This document shows, in pieces, positions 12,700-26,269 of a stretch of DNA of 64,000 nt. Every line of letters starts with the position of its first letter. The first letter of the stretch is position 1. Both the position numbers and the translations under genes were made by a program. The stretch spans positions 103,044,001 to 103,108,000 of the forward strand of contig OX597823.1 in assembly GCA_951406725.2 (NCBI GenBank). The letters are read 5' to 3'. The notes under the pieces are model-generated. The model was given only the letters and a program-made list of their open reading frames with translations. It was not told the origin of the DNA and did not search any database. Source of the stretch: Octopus vulgaris (taxonomy: Eukaryota).

Positions 12700-14297
12700 T
12701 ATTAAATAAGTTGGAACAAAGGGAAACACTTCATGAACAGTTTGGGTTTGTGCCAGGACAGGCTACAACCAAGCCACTCCCTCATGAGAAAACTGCAGAA
12801 GTTAACTGAGAACAAACCACTGTACCTACCATATGCTAACCCGGAGAAAGTTTTTCAAAGGACAACAAGTACTGTAGTCTGGTACTGCTAAGAGAACTAG
12901 GTGTAGATGAGTGGCTTGTGAGAGCCCCAAGAGCCATGTATAGATGTGCTATATGGTCAGACTTAGCAATGATTTTAGCAAGAAATTTAGGATAGAAGTG
13001 TTTATCAGGTCAAAGTTCCCAGCTCAGTACCACTTATTATAGTTGTTCAAACCATAGCAGTGGAGTTTAAGATGGGATGTCCTATGTGAACACATGCATA
13101 CTAATGACCTAGTCCTGACAGCTGAATCTGTCAATATTTTAAAGAAGAAATTCCAAACAGGGAAGCAAAACCTAGATTTGAGAAGCTAGCAAAGACAAAA
13201 GTTCAAATTAACAGGAAAGACAACACTCTATGGCCATCTTAGAAGTGACCATACCTGACATACAAAAACGAAGACGTGGCACTTAAAAGGCACCATTTGA
13301 ACGTGATTGTTACCAGCGTCGCCTTAAAGAGCACCATCCAAGCGTGATTGTTGCCAGAGCGGCTATCTGGCCTCTGTGCCGGTGGCACGTAAAAGCACCC
13401 ACTACACTCTCAGAGTGGTTGGTGTTAGGAAGGGCATCCAGTTGTAGAAACTCTGTCAGATCAAGATTGAAGCCTGGTGCAGCCATTTGGTTCGCCAGCC
13501 CTCAATCATTCGTCCAACCCATGCTAGCATGGAAAGTGGATGTTAAATGACGAGATGTACAAAAAGCAGAGTGGATTCACAGGCACACTGACATGGAAGA
13601 AGGACTTTGCATGTAGAATATGACCGGATCGTTAGCAATAAAACCACCTGTGACAGATTCTTTCAAATGCTTGGAAGGATCTCTAGAGGTAATTGATAAC
13701 TTTTGTTACTATGTGGCCTAATCAGCAGTGGAGGTAAGTGTTCTGAAAGTAGACAAAGTAAGAACAGGTTGGGAAAAGTCCAGGGAATTATTACCTTTGC
13801 TGGCACCAGTTCTTTCTCCGTGCAAGGGGCAGATCATATGATGTTTGTGTGCATATTGCAATATTTGATGGTAGTGCAACATGGGTGCTGAATGCAGAGA
13901 ATGTATAAAGGCTAGAAAGAAATGAGGCAAGCATGCCTTGCTGCATGTTAATGTTAGTGTACATGAATGATAGAGCATGAATGGGACGATAGAAAGATGA
14001 GCTCTACAAGGAATACAATGTAGTGTGTGCAAGAGAGAAAACTGTGATAGTGCAGATATGTGTAGCATATATGGTGGATACAAGACAGGTAAAGAAGTGA
14101 TGAATCAAGTGGAAGGAACCTGTGGAAGACTGCAAAAGATATAGGAAGAAGTGGTGAAAGCTGATCAGAAGACTGACCCTCAGGAAGAAATGTCGAATGA
14201 CAGCCAGAAGTGATGAAATGCCATATTGGAGAAAGCCTAACAAACCAATGCAAGCATGGAAAAGTGATCGTATGATGATGAAGATGATGATGATATC
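12700..14297 (+). mobile_element. RTE-clade LINE, decayed RT domain and 3' end; family G SINE nested at ~13275-13555
   Basis: Broken motifs QFGFVPG, KPLYL...EK.F, LGVDEWLVRA, Y(T)NDLVLTAES (YADD), LEVIDNFCY; (GAT)n tail at ~14272-14293. Confidence 0.85.
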
Positions 14298-15749
14298 ATC
14301 TGAATAAACTAGTGGTGGTGACATTTGACAAAAATCAGTTCATAAATTCACAAATTTGAATTTATATACTTTGAAAAGAGGCAAATTCTAACATTTCAGG
14401 CAGGACTCTTCTTCATGCAGCCCAAATATTCTATCTGTTCTATGTTCAAATCAGCCAGATGTGATCTCTCTTGTCTACCCTACATCACCCTAAAGATAAT
14501 TTATCCCATCAATGCAATCTTGAAGTTATGTGATAACGCATGATTAATTCAAAACAATAGGAATAAATAAGCAATATATCTGATAGAGTAATCTGAATGC
14601 TAATGAGCTAAATAAAACTTATTTACATATTATACATCTCAGAATATTTTGTGATGTCTATACATCGTAGAAATTTATGCAAACTAATCTTAATATAAAT
14701 ACATTGCCATTTTCAAATTTTTATGAAAACAAATCTGTTGAAGATGAGAGTGAAGGTTGTGGTTTTATTTGCCAGTGAATAAGTGAGAAAGACACTCTGC
14801 CTATTTTTATGGGAAATAAATAAGTAAATAAAATGGAAGCACAGATGTGATATATAACTTGAATTTTACAAAAACAAAAATACAAAAAAAGTTAAATTAA
14901 TGGTGAGATGTTTGTGATCATTGCACAGATGAAATAACACACACAACTTTCAACTGTTTCTTTCATTTAGAACATATATACACCAAATCTGCAAAACAAA
15001 ACAAGCAGAGAAAGGTGATGTAAGAAAAACTGCTCTCCAGTTATGTTGTCATAAAATATTACATTCAGAATATTTCTGAAGAGAAGAAAACTAAGCACAA
15101 TCCGCTACTCACCTCAGAAGGTGAAAGACATCAAGAGACTAAACAACCATACAAAATTAAAACCTAACATTTTCTTAAGGGGGTACTTTTTATTTGTAAT
15201 GTATTTTTTATATTCTAGAGTTTAAAAAGTAGCTTCTACCTTCTGAAAGCATTACTCCAATATAGGGCTGACCATAGTGGCTAAAACAAACTATGAGGCT
15301 AAACTAAAGTTAAATAACAACCTAAAGAAGTATTAAGAAATATTGCCAAGAATGTAAGAATAAGTTGCTCCAAGCACCAAGTTTTCATGGCATAATATTG
15401 CTTAAAGTAAAATATAACTTTCCTTTCAATATGTTCATGTCAGAATAGACAAGCAAATGATGTTTTTACAAAGTATTCATCTACGATGATGGCCAACCTT
15501 TTTTCCTTCTTGTCGACCACAGGTTGATAAAGAAAAATATTTATCTTTTAACATACCTTATCTTGCTGAAGTACTTTTAGCTGATGGAACCCCCCCACCA
15601 ATCACTTAAGAAGTAACCCTTTACTTTCACCATTTCATACAAATAAATCTCACATTCTCATTTTTTTATAATATTCAGATGTCAATTGGCTTCATAATTT
15701 CATTTTGTCACAGAGCCTTTATATGACTGTCCAATAATCACAGTGGACT

Positions 15750-15862
15750 AGAAAAACGTGAAGTTTTTTGCTCAAGAACACAACGCATTGCCTGGTCCAG
15801 GAATCAAAACCGCATTCTTACAATGAAGAGTCCAACACCCTAACCACTAAACCACAGGCCCC
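15750..15862 (-). mobile_element. tRNA-headed SINE of a further family (related copies at ~20890-21135 and ~40330-40550)
   Basis: Shared GCTCAAGAACACAAC...CCAGGAATC...CCCTAACCACTA sequence. Confidence 0.65.
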
Positions 15863-16928
15863 CACCCGCAGAAAAAAGGACACATTTGATAATGTAGTCC
15901 TACATAACACTGTGCCTGACAAAAAAAAAAAAACTCAAAGAAACATGAGGGTGAAAGCTAGAATGTCTTTGATCACAAACCTGCTTTGACCTTGGGCTAA
16001 ACAGAAATAACAGCAATGACCATATCTCAGTAACTCACGCGGACAGACAGCTATGAGGTTACAACAAACACTTGTCAATTGTCTACTATCATTTTTTGCT
16101 TCCTTCTCAACATAGTTATAAAATATTTACTGCCAAAAAAAAAAAAACTTTTCTGTGTTCTTTCTGGCATTCAAGTGAATGGAACCTCAAACGCCATTTT
16201 AGTGAAGCAATAAAAAGCTGGAAATGTCATAAACTGCTACAGTTGGCCTCTTTCCATGTATAAGTCTGTGTGAACAGAGATAACTAAATCAATAGAGTTG
16301 AACTGCCAAGAAAGACATCCTAGGCTCAAGTCTTGGCAAAGGCACAGCAATGAGTGAGTCAAAATAGCTCAGTTCAACAAGCTGCAAATAGGTGTCACAG
16401 TAAGATACACTCCACTGATACATGAATGACAAATGTTTTTTAGACCTACAGTGTTGAATTCAAATTTTTCCTTCAGTGTTAGTAGTAACTATGAGCTCTA
16501 CCAGGTTATCTTCATCAAGATACACAGTAAGAAGACATGAAAGGTGGGCTCTTCCAGGTTACAACAATATTAACACACTGCATGATGATGCCAAAAGATG
16601 GACTCTTTCCAACATGTTAAACACCTGACACTCTACATGAAGTAGTGGTGCCATAAGGCAATTTCATGCCTTATTTTTCTCTTCCTCTCCCACTTTCTTC
16701 TTAGTCTCTCCACCCTTTCTAACAGAACTAAGTTTGGCAACATGTCCTTTCTCCTGACCAGTTCTGTATTATTCATGAACTTAAAAGCAACAATAAAAAA
16801 CATTTTTTACTCATTGCTTTTAACAGCAGCATCTGTTAATCTGTGTGCCTATCCAGCTGCATTTCTCCTTGTTCTCTGTCTCATTTTGGGGCTTACTGAA
16901 CACACAACATGCATTTACACAAATACTC

Positions 16929-16968
<40 letters not shown>

Positions 16969-17344
16969 TGATAGCAAGCAACTTAAGTTTTAAAATCAAA
17001 TTTTAAAATTTCTTTCTTAAGTGATCCTGAACCATCAGCTGTCAAATAACTGAGTCAAATAGTCAACATCATCATGATCAGAGGTAGTCATCAGTGTGCA
17101 ATTAAGTCTATTGGCTTGCAAGACTTTCAGCCTTGCATCTCAATTTAGTTGAATTTCACACCACAAGCTAATGAACCAGTTGTCAATGTTAAACTATTGA
17201 CATTGCTAAAAGCAGTAAAATATATCCACACTGCAGAATATATCCAGCTACACTGACTGGATTTATTATTATCATTATTATTATTGGCTTAACTGACTTA
17301 GCTAGAGGAGGACACATACTGTGCATGAGCATTTTCAGGGCATC

Positions 17345-17555
17345 CAAGAATGGTTTCAAATTTTGGCACAAGGCCAACACTTTTTAAAGGAGGAAATAAA
17401 TCAATTACATCAACCCCCCAGTGTTCAACTGGTACTTATTTTATCAATTCTGAAGGGATGAAAGCAAAATCAACATCAGCAGAATTTGAAACCAGAACAT
17501 AAAAAGCTGGAAGAAATGGCACTAAACATTTTGCTCAACTTGCTAATGATTCTAC
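17345..17555 (-). mobile_element. SINE family N variant, decayed
   Basis: ACTGGTACTTATTTTATC...GAATTTGAA...; similar copies at 30347-30537, 45718-46070 and 46869-47085. Confidence 0.7.
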
Positions 17556-17854
17556 AAGGGCCTCCATAAATGAAGCGAGGAAAGGAGAAAATTATCCCCA
17601 AACTGGAAACCTAAGCTGAATGCCTGTAAGATTGGATGCCGCTAAAATAGCCAAGGATTAAATGGTGATGTTAAACTGAGTTATATGTTAAGTATACCAT
17701 TCAGAAGTGTTTTGGAACATAGACATAGTATAGAGCTGGAGACAAAATAGGAAACCACCAGCTTCTCACCTGGTTGATCATTATCCTTTTCGCTTAGCTA
17801 TTATACAATCAGTTTTACAACAATTACTTATTATCGTCATCATCATGATCACTA

Positions 17855-18408
17855 TTATTATCGTTATTGAGTGAGAGAGTAGAGCATGCTATCAAAGTGA
17901 CACTGGGGTACAAATATATGAAGCCCAGTATACTCATCATGACTACCCGTCTGATAAGGGTACACTAGGCACATGCATCACACCATATGTGTGCAACATG
18001 GTGATCTCATATCAAGAGTGCATGACCTTGCAGGTGGGGCCCAGTTAGAATTTTCTTTAGGCTGAGTAGCCCATCCCACTCAAAAGGTCCCTGAATAAGG
18101 GTTGTTTAAAGATGTTGAACGAAACACCCATGTTTCCAGAGGTGAATTATACAAACCCCAAAGAATTCCTCTCAACACATGGCTATAATGCTCCCCCACT
18201 ACTTCTGCTCGTAATCAGAAATGCACATATCATCAGCCACTAAGGGACATGCTCAACTGGTCGAGCAAATGACAGGCAAATCTGCAGTACTAATCAGAAT
18301 ATTCGCTGTAGCCCATCCTTTATACCAAGACAAAACATGTACATGATAGCACTTCCAATCAGTTAAGATCAGAAGCCATGAGATCCAATGCTAGTATTGC
18401 ATCAAGGC
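17855..18408. mobile_element. Interspersed repeat, probable retroposon, unclassified
   Basis: More GC-rich ~550-bp block bounded by (TTA/TCA)n simple repeats; no ORF; single copy in this window. Confidence 0.45.
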
Positions 18409-18436
18409 TTTCTTCTTCTTCTTATTATTATTATTG

Positions 18437-18612
18437 CAGTATTTTGCCCGTCGTTATGTTCTGAATTCTAATTCTGCCAAGGTCAATTTTGCCTTTCATC
18501 CTTTCGGGGTCAATAAATTAAGTACCAGTGAAACACTGGGGTCGATGTGATCAACTGGTCCTCTCTCCCCAAAATTAAGGCCTTGTGTCTATAGTAGAAA
18601 GGATTATTATTA
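18437..18612 (+). mobile_element. SINE family N variant, 5' truncated
   Basis: GCCTTTCATCCTTTCGGGGTCAATAAATTAAGTACCAG core and (TTA)n tail. Confidence 0.85.
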
Positions 18613-18899
18613 TAGGTGCAGGCATGACTATGTGGTTAAGCAGTTCTCTTCTGACCCACATGCTAGGGGTTCAGTCTCACTGCAAAGATGTGAATAGCTG
18701 GCATGCTATACTACAGTCACAGGTTGACCAATACAGTAACAAAATAGTTAACTGTAGTTAAGCGTTGCAGAATAAAAAAAACAAATTGTTATTATTTTTT
18801 TGAAGCTAAACACAAAGATGGTGTTATTAGGGGAGTATGTCAACCATCTAAGGTGAGCTCTGTTTTAACAATACATAACATAAATGAAGAAACACAAAC

Positions 18900-18986
18900 C
18901 TCTTCTAGTGATTTCCTTACAACGACATCACTAAGACTTTTGATGAGATTGATACGTTTGCTCTTCTCGGTTTTTGGTCCAATGTC
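18900..18986 (-). CDS. TSC2: TSC2/tuberin, second coding exon (29 codons; missed by the ORF track)
   Basis: TTTCAG|GAC...GAG|GTTTGT, 87 nt, phase 0/0. Encodes DIGPKTEKSKRINLIKSLSDVVVRKSLEE versus human [29 protein letters not shown] (same length). Confidence 0.92.
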
Positions 18987-19039
18987 CTGAAATGTCAACG
19001 GAAAAGTTTATGTTATCAATGGGGAATATACACTGTCAC

Positions 19040-19372
19040 GGTACACAAATAAATAATATATATAGATACACAGAGAAATAGATAGGCACACAGGTGGATA
19101 GAGAGACAGACAGACAAGTAGACAGACAGACAAGTAGATAGATAGATAGATAGACAGACATAAATAAATAAATAAATAGACAGCCAGACAGATAGATAAA
19201 TAAATAGATAGACAGACAGACAGACAAATAGATAGACTGACAGATAAATAGATAGATAGATAGACAAACAGACAGACACAAATAAATATGTAGATACAGA
19301 GAGAGAGATAGGTAGATAGATAGACAAACAAACAGACGGATGATTATATAGAAGATGGATATATAGATATAT
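19040..19372. repeat. (GATA)/(GACA)/(AAAT) compound microsatellite
   Basis: Seen directly; accounts for the three low-complexity ORFs here. Confidence 0.95.
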
Positions 19373-20238
19373 ACAGAATGTGTGCGGAAGAATACCAAAG
19401 TAAGTGTGGTATAGTCAGGAGGTAGTGCTAAGGTAAATCTGAAGCATAATCTCCCAGTTCCTTCATCTAAGGCAAAGAACACTGAGTTTTAAGTCAGTTA
19501 TAAGAACAATTTACATTAAGCAGGTATAAGAAATAAAAAAAGAGAAAAGGCAGATAAACAAAAGTAAGCATAAGGAGTGTTTCCATGTAAATACAATTCT
19601 TAGACATTGTTTAGCCGAGTTCTGATTTTACATTTAATGTACACCGTGTTCGAGTAAGAGTACATTATGTGTGTGTACATAATGTACACACAGTGTACAT
19701 TAAATTTTCACTGGATGAAGTACATTTTCAGTTGATCTAACTATAACAGGACAGTGAACCATACACATACACACATACATGGCCAAAACTTAGAAGTTAC
19801 TGTCAACAACATTCTTGTATAATAATAAATTTGTACTCTACAGAAGTATAGTGTAAAGTATCAGATTAATGTAAAACTGTTTTTATTATAACCGAGTATA
19901 AAAACAAACATTAATATACACACACATTTAGACATACAAACAAGCAAAACAGGTAAGCAAAAATTCTCAGTAATTAAGCTCATTTCTTCATTTGAAGCTA
20001 AAATCTTGTTCTCTTGTTACTCTGATGTTGTTCCTCATGTTCTTCAAGGTGATAAGAGATATAGGTTTCCCACATAGAAAGAATGTGTTAGTTTGGCTGC
20101 CATAATATTGTTGGTTTGGTATGGCAACCTGGCTAACATTTCTATAATTAATGGTTGTTGCTGGAATTGGTTTAGCAGCAGCCACTTGCCACTACAAGTA
20201 GGATTTTTCTGTCACAGCTGGAGGTAGAATGGGTTTAA

Positions 20239-20462
20239 CCCTTTAGCATTTAAACCAGCCATATCCAGCCCAAATATTTTACTTTGTTTTATGTTTAAAC
20301 TAACCAGATCCAGCCTCTCACACCTACCCTACAATGTCATTCTAAAAATAAACAATCACATCTTTGAAATCACAAGATACGAGATAATACATGATTAATG
20401 AAAAACAATGTGAACAAATAAATAAGCATTACATTTGACAGAGTAATCTGAATGCCAAAAGG
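20239..20462. mobile_element. piggyBac-type MITE family A
   Basis: TTAA|CCCTTTAGCATT ... AATGCCAAAAGG|TTGA; related copies at ~14410-14610 and ~63886-63975. Confidence 0.85.
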
Positions 20463-22654
20463 TTGAGAAATATTGGTTCTCATGGGTACACTGGTATTGG
20501 CACCACCTCTAAATACATCAAAAGAGTGGCATTCCATTGGCTGATATTGACAGTATTTTTTTCCACTGTACCCTTCCCTTGGCTGAACCGCCTGCAATTT
20601 TTGAAATACATAACAAAAGATAAAATTTTTTGTGAAAGTAGATACGAGACATTTCGTGAGGATCTCTTTCCATTTATAAGACAGAACCGCACATATAGCT
20701 AAGAGTGGCTGTTATAAACCACCCTTGAATTAACAATAAATTGAATTAACCAATAAGTGAGCTTCTATATAGTCACTAGTCTTGTTAGAAACAGCAGCCA
20801 AATTGCTCTTGAATAACACCTTAACATCTTAAATAAAGAAAGAACACGTTGGATAATATATTGTATACATAGGTTCTGTGGTGAGCTCTAGGGCTGAAAA
20901 AGCCAGAGATTAACCTGGTTTCCATATTGTATAAGTGACTGAGATTGCAACACTTCTCACCTACTTGGAAGGGATGTTGGTCCATCACAGAATTAACTTC
21001 CCAGCCTTTATTGGAGGGGAATGAAGCAAACTGAAACAAAGTGTTTTCGCTCAAAAACACAACACACCACCCAATCCAATAATCAAAACCAGGATCTTGT
21101 GACCACAAGTACATCACCCTAACAACTAGGCCATATGTCTTCATAATGTTCCACACACACTTTTGTATAAGCTGAATCCTCTTTGTGTTTATAATATTTT
21201 GGCTTCAGCCTTTGATTGCTGCACAAGTTACAAGTTGCTCTTCCTGAACACTGTTTGCAACTATGCTCATAGTTTTGTGTTTGATATGTAAAAAGCACCC
21301 AGTACACTCTGTGGTTTCTGCAGCTGGGTGTTGAAACCAAAACAGACTATAGAACCTGGTGTGGTTCCTGGCCTTGCCAGTTCTTGTCAAGCCATCTGAC
21401 CCATGCCAGCATGGAGTACGGACATTAAATGTTGATGATGACACAACACATTTACCTGAAATAATTCCAATTATTGTCACATTATCACTAAAGTCTAGCA
21501 AAACCCCTGTAACCATAAATATCACAGCAATGGGTTTCTATGATCCGTGACTGGAACAAACAGACCAACTGATACATTTTAATCACTACTCCCGTTTGAC
21601 TGGCAATATTTGCAGAGTTTAATGGCCACTAGGATTACAACCAGCTGACAGAGAACAGGTCGTGTTTTGCACATGTACAAAGTGTACATGTGGGTAAATT
21701 CATGTGACTGTATATCATCACAAATGCATTTGTTTTGCAGCTCAATTTAAGTCTGCTTACACACACGTGTGTGTGTGTGTGTGTGATGCCATCAACATAT
21801 ATTTGCTTACAATGCTGGTAATCATATAGATTGCATAGTGACAAGAGCCAACTCCACCGACATACTCAATCATTTAGCTGTGTAGTTAAGAAGCTTGCTT
21901 TCTGTCAATGTGGTTTTGAGGTTCGGTCCCACTGCATAGCACCTTGGGCAAGTGTTTTCTACAACAGCCCTTGGCAGACCAAAGTCTTGTGAGTGGATTT
22001 GGTAGAAGGAACCTGACAGAAGCTTGTCATACATACACATATATATGTTCGTGTGCATGGACTTAGCTTGACATCATGTAATGGTTGTAAATGAGCATCA
22101 TCATCATACAAGTGGTGTTGTTCGTTTCCAACCTTCCAGGAAAAACCTGTCTGACCATGGGGAAATATGACGTTGCTAGGGAGCAGGTGAGAGTTGATGG
22201 CAAGAAAAGGATGTGGACATAGAAAATCTGCCTCAACAAATTCCATCTGAATGATGCAAGTATGAAAAATTGGACATTAAAATGATAACGATGATGGTGT
22301 GTATATAAATGTGTGGAAGGGGAGGGGGTGGGGGGAGAGAGAGAAAGAGAGAGAATGTTAGTGTGTGACACATATTCCAAGTCAAGAGCAAAGTTCAGTA
22401 CATAGGTTATACACAGCAGCTTATCTGTGAATACAAACAGTAGTAGTTCATATCCCTTAAAATTCTGTAATCACCATGACTGAAATGCCTCCAATCATAG
22501 ACTGTTTGATCAGAATTGACTTGTGGCTTGACAATAACACTCAGTTGTAGTAGGAGTTACTAACAAGATACAATATTCAACTAGCAACTAACCAATGACA
22601 ATAAAGCAAATAAATTCTATACCCATTTAGAACCGAAACCATAGCCATCGTCAT

Positions 22655-23060
22655 GCATCATCATCATCATTGTTTAACGTCCGCTTTCCATGCTAGCATG
22701 GGTTAAACGTATGACTGAGGGCTGGCGAACCAGATGGCTGTACCAGGCTTCAATCTTGATCTGGCAAAGTTTCTACAGCTGGATGCCCTTCCTAACGCCA
22801 ACCACTCCGAGAGTGTAGTGGGTGCTTTTTACGTGCCACTGGCACGAGGCCAATCAGGTGACACTGGCAACGACCTCGCTCGAATCTTTTACACATGCCA
22901 CCGGCGCGGGTGCCAGTAAGGCAATGCTGGTAACGATCATGCTCAAATGGTGTCTTTTACGTGCGACCGGCAAGGAGGCCAGATAGCCGCTCTGGCAACG
23001 ACCATGCTCGGATGGTGCCCTTAATACCCTAGTAGCACGGGGCTCGAGTGCCAGTAATGC
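22655..23060 (-). mobile_element. SINE family G, long form with internal repeats
   Basis: (CAT)n tail at the left end; repeated GTGCTTTTACGTGCCAC...GGCAACGATCA units. Confidence 0.88.
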
Positions 23061-23454
23061 AATGCATGGCAAGTAAATGCTTTAGCTTCATGCATGGTGA
23101 ATGTTTATTGTTTTACGCATATTTTGCTAGCTACATGTTCAAAGAGAACATTAAATGCATTGATAGCACTGGTTTTGGTGGGCCTACAAAGGCCATCTCC
23201 AAACTATTAATAAAGACAAAAGAAAAAAGAAAATCAATTAAAATTATTTTTCAAAACTTACAAACAAGACAGCTCCTGGAAAGCCTGTCCTCAGTAGAAA
23301 AGCAAGAAGTAGACTGTGAGAGCTGACACTTTACAATGGCAACAGCCTCACATATGATCTTTGCTATCAATTAAGTAGAATTTGGTGTGATACAGTACCA
23401 GACAAGATCAATGACAAATATCAACTCTTTTGATAGCAATCTGCCTGATACTTT

Positions 23455-23855
23455 CATCATCATCATCATTTAATGTCTGCTTTCCATGCTGGCATGGGTT
23501 GGAGGGTTTGACTCAAAACTGATAAACCAGGGAGCTGCACCAGGAGGTTCCAATCTGATTTGGCATGGTTTCTACAGCTGGATGCCCTTCCTAACACCAA
23601 CCACTCCAAGAGTGTAGTGGGTGCTTTTTACACACCACCCGCATGGGTTCCATTGAACTGACACCAGCATCAGCCCCAACTACAAACGCATTTGGCCCAA
23701 CAGGTCTTCTCAAGCATGGTATATCACCAAAGGTCTCTGTCTCCTGTCACTGCCTCCATGTGGTCCAACACTCAAATAGTACTTTTTAGGTGCCACCAGC
23801 ACAGGTGCCCACGACTATGATCTCACTTGGCTTGACAGGTCTTCACAAGGATGGT
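23455..23855 (-). mobile_element. SINE family G variant, inserted into a decayed piggyBac-type MITE (~23425-24035)
   Basis: Family G core; host termini CTCTTTTGATAG and GTAGCAAAAGGCTTAA flank it. Confidence 0.7.
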
Positions 23856-24109
23856 ACCCTGTAACAAATTTCCTGTTTTAAATTATCCACATTAAAGTCT
23901 TCCGTTAAAATTTTAGGTTAATCTATGTTCCAAACACTGACTTATATAGGAAGATTATTTTACTGAATTCTTCTTTATTTTCAAAATCAACTGAAACAAA
24001 AGCAGCATACAGAAATATGGTAGCAAAAGGCTTAAAAACAAGACACCCACTTCAAGGGTTGTAGGTGATCATGTAAACTTTAGAACTTATTTCACCAATG
24101 TCTGTTTAT

Positions 24110-24460
24110 TCATCATCATCGTTTAATGTCCGCTTTCCATGCTAGCATGGGTTGGACGATTTTGACAGAGGGCTGGTAAACCAGATGGCTGCATCAGGCT
24201 TCAATCTTGATCTGGCAGAGTTTCTAAAGCTGGATGCCCTTCCTAATGCCAACCACTCCGAGAGTGTAGTGGGTGCTTTTTAGGTGCCAGTCAGGCAGTA
24301 CTGGCAATGATTTCGCTCGAATCTTTTTCCAAATGCCACCAGCACAGGTGCCAGTAAGGCAATGTTAGTAACGATCACACTCGAATGGTGCCCTTTTACA
24401 TGCCACCGGCACGGAAGCCAGTTGGCTACTGTGGCAATGATCATGCTCGGATGGTGCTCT
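24110..24460 (-). mobile_element. SINE family G, long form
   Basis: Close match to 22655-23060. Confidence 0.88.
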
Positions 24461-24656
24461 TTATTGATTGTCTAAATTGCCTTTTGATATAAAAAGATGC
24501 AATTTGACATATTGCTTAACATTAATATGCATGAACACAGGTACAAATAACTTCTATACAATTTCCTTCAGTCTACCAAATTCCACTCACAAGCTATTTG
24601 CCAGTCTAAGGCTATAAAAGACACTTGTTGGTAACACACACAGTTTTATAGCTTAA

Positions 24657-24876
24657 CCCATTCATTACTGTATTTATTTTGAGATGCTCTGTGTTTCTTT
24701 CAGTTACTTTAAATATAACAAAGAATTTAGTAAAATAATTTAGTTATCATAAAGCTAGTGTCAGGAACATAAATTGTGACTAAGGTTTGGTGGAAGATTT
24801 TAATTCAAAACTTATGAAAACAAGACATTTGTACTCAGAGCTAGAGCCGGTTTCAGCCGGGTTGGTAACAAAAGGG
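24657..24876. mobile_element. piggyBac-type MITE family B, inserted within a family C SINE
   Basis: TTAA flanks; same length as 10284-10503 and highly similar to it. Confidence 0.9.
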
Positions 24877-25549
24877 TTAATATTATTAACGCAGAGAAAT
24901 AGCAGTGGATTAACAGAATAACTGAATCCAGAGTCAAGTGGCAATGATGCAAACTTCTTAGGCATTCAACTATGCCTGCACCTATGGAAACTTGAATTTG
25001 AAACCAAAATCTTGAAGAGTGCTGAACATATCAAACTTAGGTATTTTGAACAAGGTTATTCATTTTCAAAAATAAAGATTTTTTAAAAACTGGAAAATCC
25101 CAGCAACTATATTTTTCTTTCCTTTTATGAAATGAGGTCATCAAATGATTAGAACGAAATCTAATACATAACAAAGAAAGAGAGAATTGTGGAGATTTTT
25201 AAAAGAATTAACAGTTAATATACCAAGCTAACAGTCAGTATTGCTTGTTAACAGTAAATATTACATGCTAATAATAGATACTATGACAGTAGTCAATACT
25301 ATGTTAATGATCAGTATACTAAACCCTCTCTCCCTCTTTCGGAGAGGCACAAACACCTACACACACTGCAGTAACTTCTGCCTACCAAATTCAATCACAA
25401 AGCTTCAGTCAGCCTGGGGCTATAGCAGAAGACACTTGCCCAAAGTGCCACGCGGTGGGACTGAACCCAAAACCATGTAGCTAGGAAGCAAGCTCCCTAA
25501 CCACACAGCCATGCCAGCACCTAGATGATATTGTATACTGACAGGCAAA

Positions 25550-25718
25550 ATCCATGCCAACAGTGATATTGCATATCAGCAGTCAATGAATGTATCACAG
25601 TAACAGTTGATATCCCATGCTAACATTCAACATCTCATGCTAGCAGCTGACATCCCATATTAGCGGTCAACATCCTATGCTAACAGTCAATACACCATGT
25701 CAGTCAATACATCATATT
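25550..25718. repeat. Degenerate ~20-bp minisatellite (CATCCCATGCTAACAGTCAA-like)
   Basis: Several imperfect units; interrupted by a family N SINE (25720-25935), with one more unit after it. Confidence 0.7.
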
Positions 25719-26269
25719 AAGGCAGCCATCTGGCAGAAACATTAGCACACCGGGTGAAATGCTTAGTGGTAATTCATCTGACTTTACATTCTGAGTTCAA
25801 ATTCTGCTGAGATCGACTTTGTCTTTCATCCTTTCTGGGTCAATAAATTAAGCACCTGTTGTGTACTGGGGTTGATCTAATCAACTGGCCGCCTCCCACA
25901 AAATTTTGGGTCTTGTGTCTAGAGTAGAAAAGAATATATCATGCTATAAGTTAATATTCTTTTATTCGTTCCAGTTACTGGACTCTGACTATTCAAAGAC
26001 AGTTTTCAAGGGTGTAGTAAAGTATACAACATTTGACTGATACTCACAAATACTAGAAATTAAAAAAGAATTTAACAAAGGAGTTGTACAAAATAGACTC
26101 AAGAGAATTAGTTAACATCTGCAGAGAGGCAAGAGTGGTGTCAACTAAGGAGAAGCAGTACCAATAAATGGCAAGAAAGTCTGGTGCAAAAAACCACTGG
26201 AAGAGATCTTGTCAACTTACACAAACAAGGGAAGCTTTATAATGTTACTCATCATCATCGTCGTTTAAT

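Noticed and set aside
15095-15145. Minus-strand GAG|GTGAGT donor with a nearby AG
   Set aside because: No tuberin homology and no missing TSC2 sequence to account for; a cryptic exon cannot be supported without RNA data.
19008-19482. Three overlapping 103-148 aa ORFs
   Set aside because: They are translations of the GATA/GACA microsatellite (LSIYLSVC repeats).
19988-20600. Possible extra exon or gag-like ORF pieces either side of the MITE
   Set aside because: Removing the MITE gives no long continuous frame, there is no recognisable homology, and the TSC2 exons already join without a gap.
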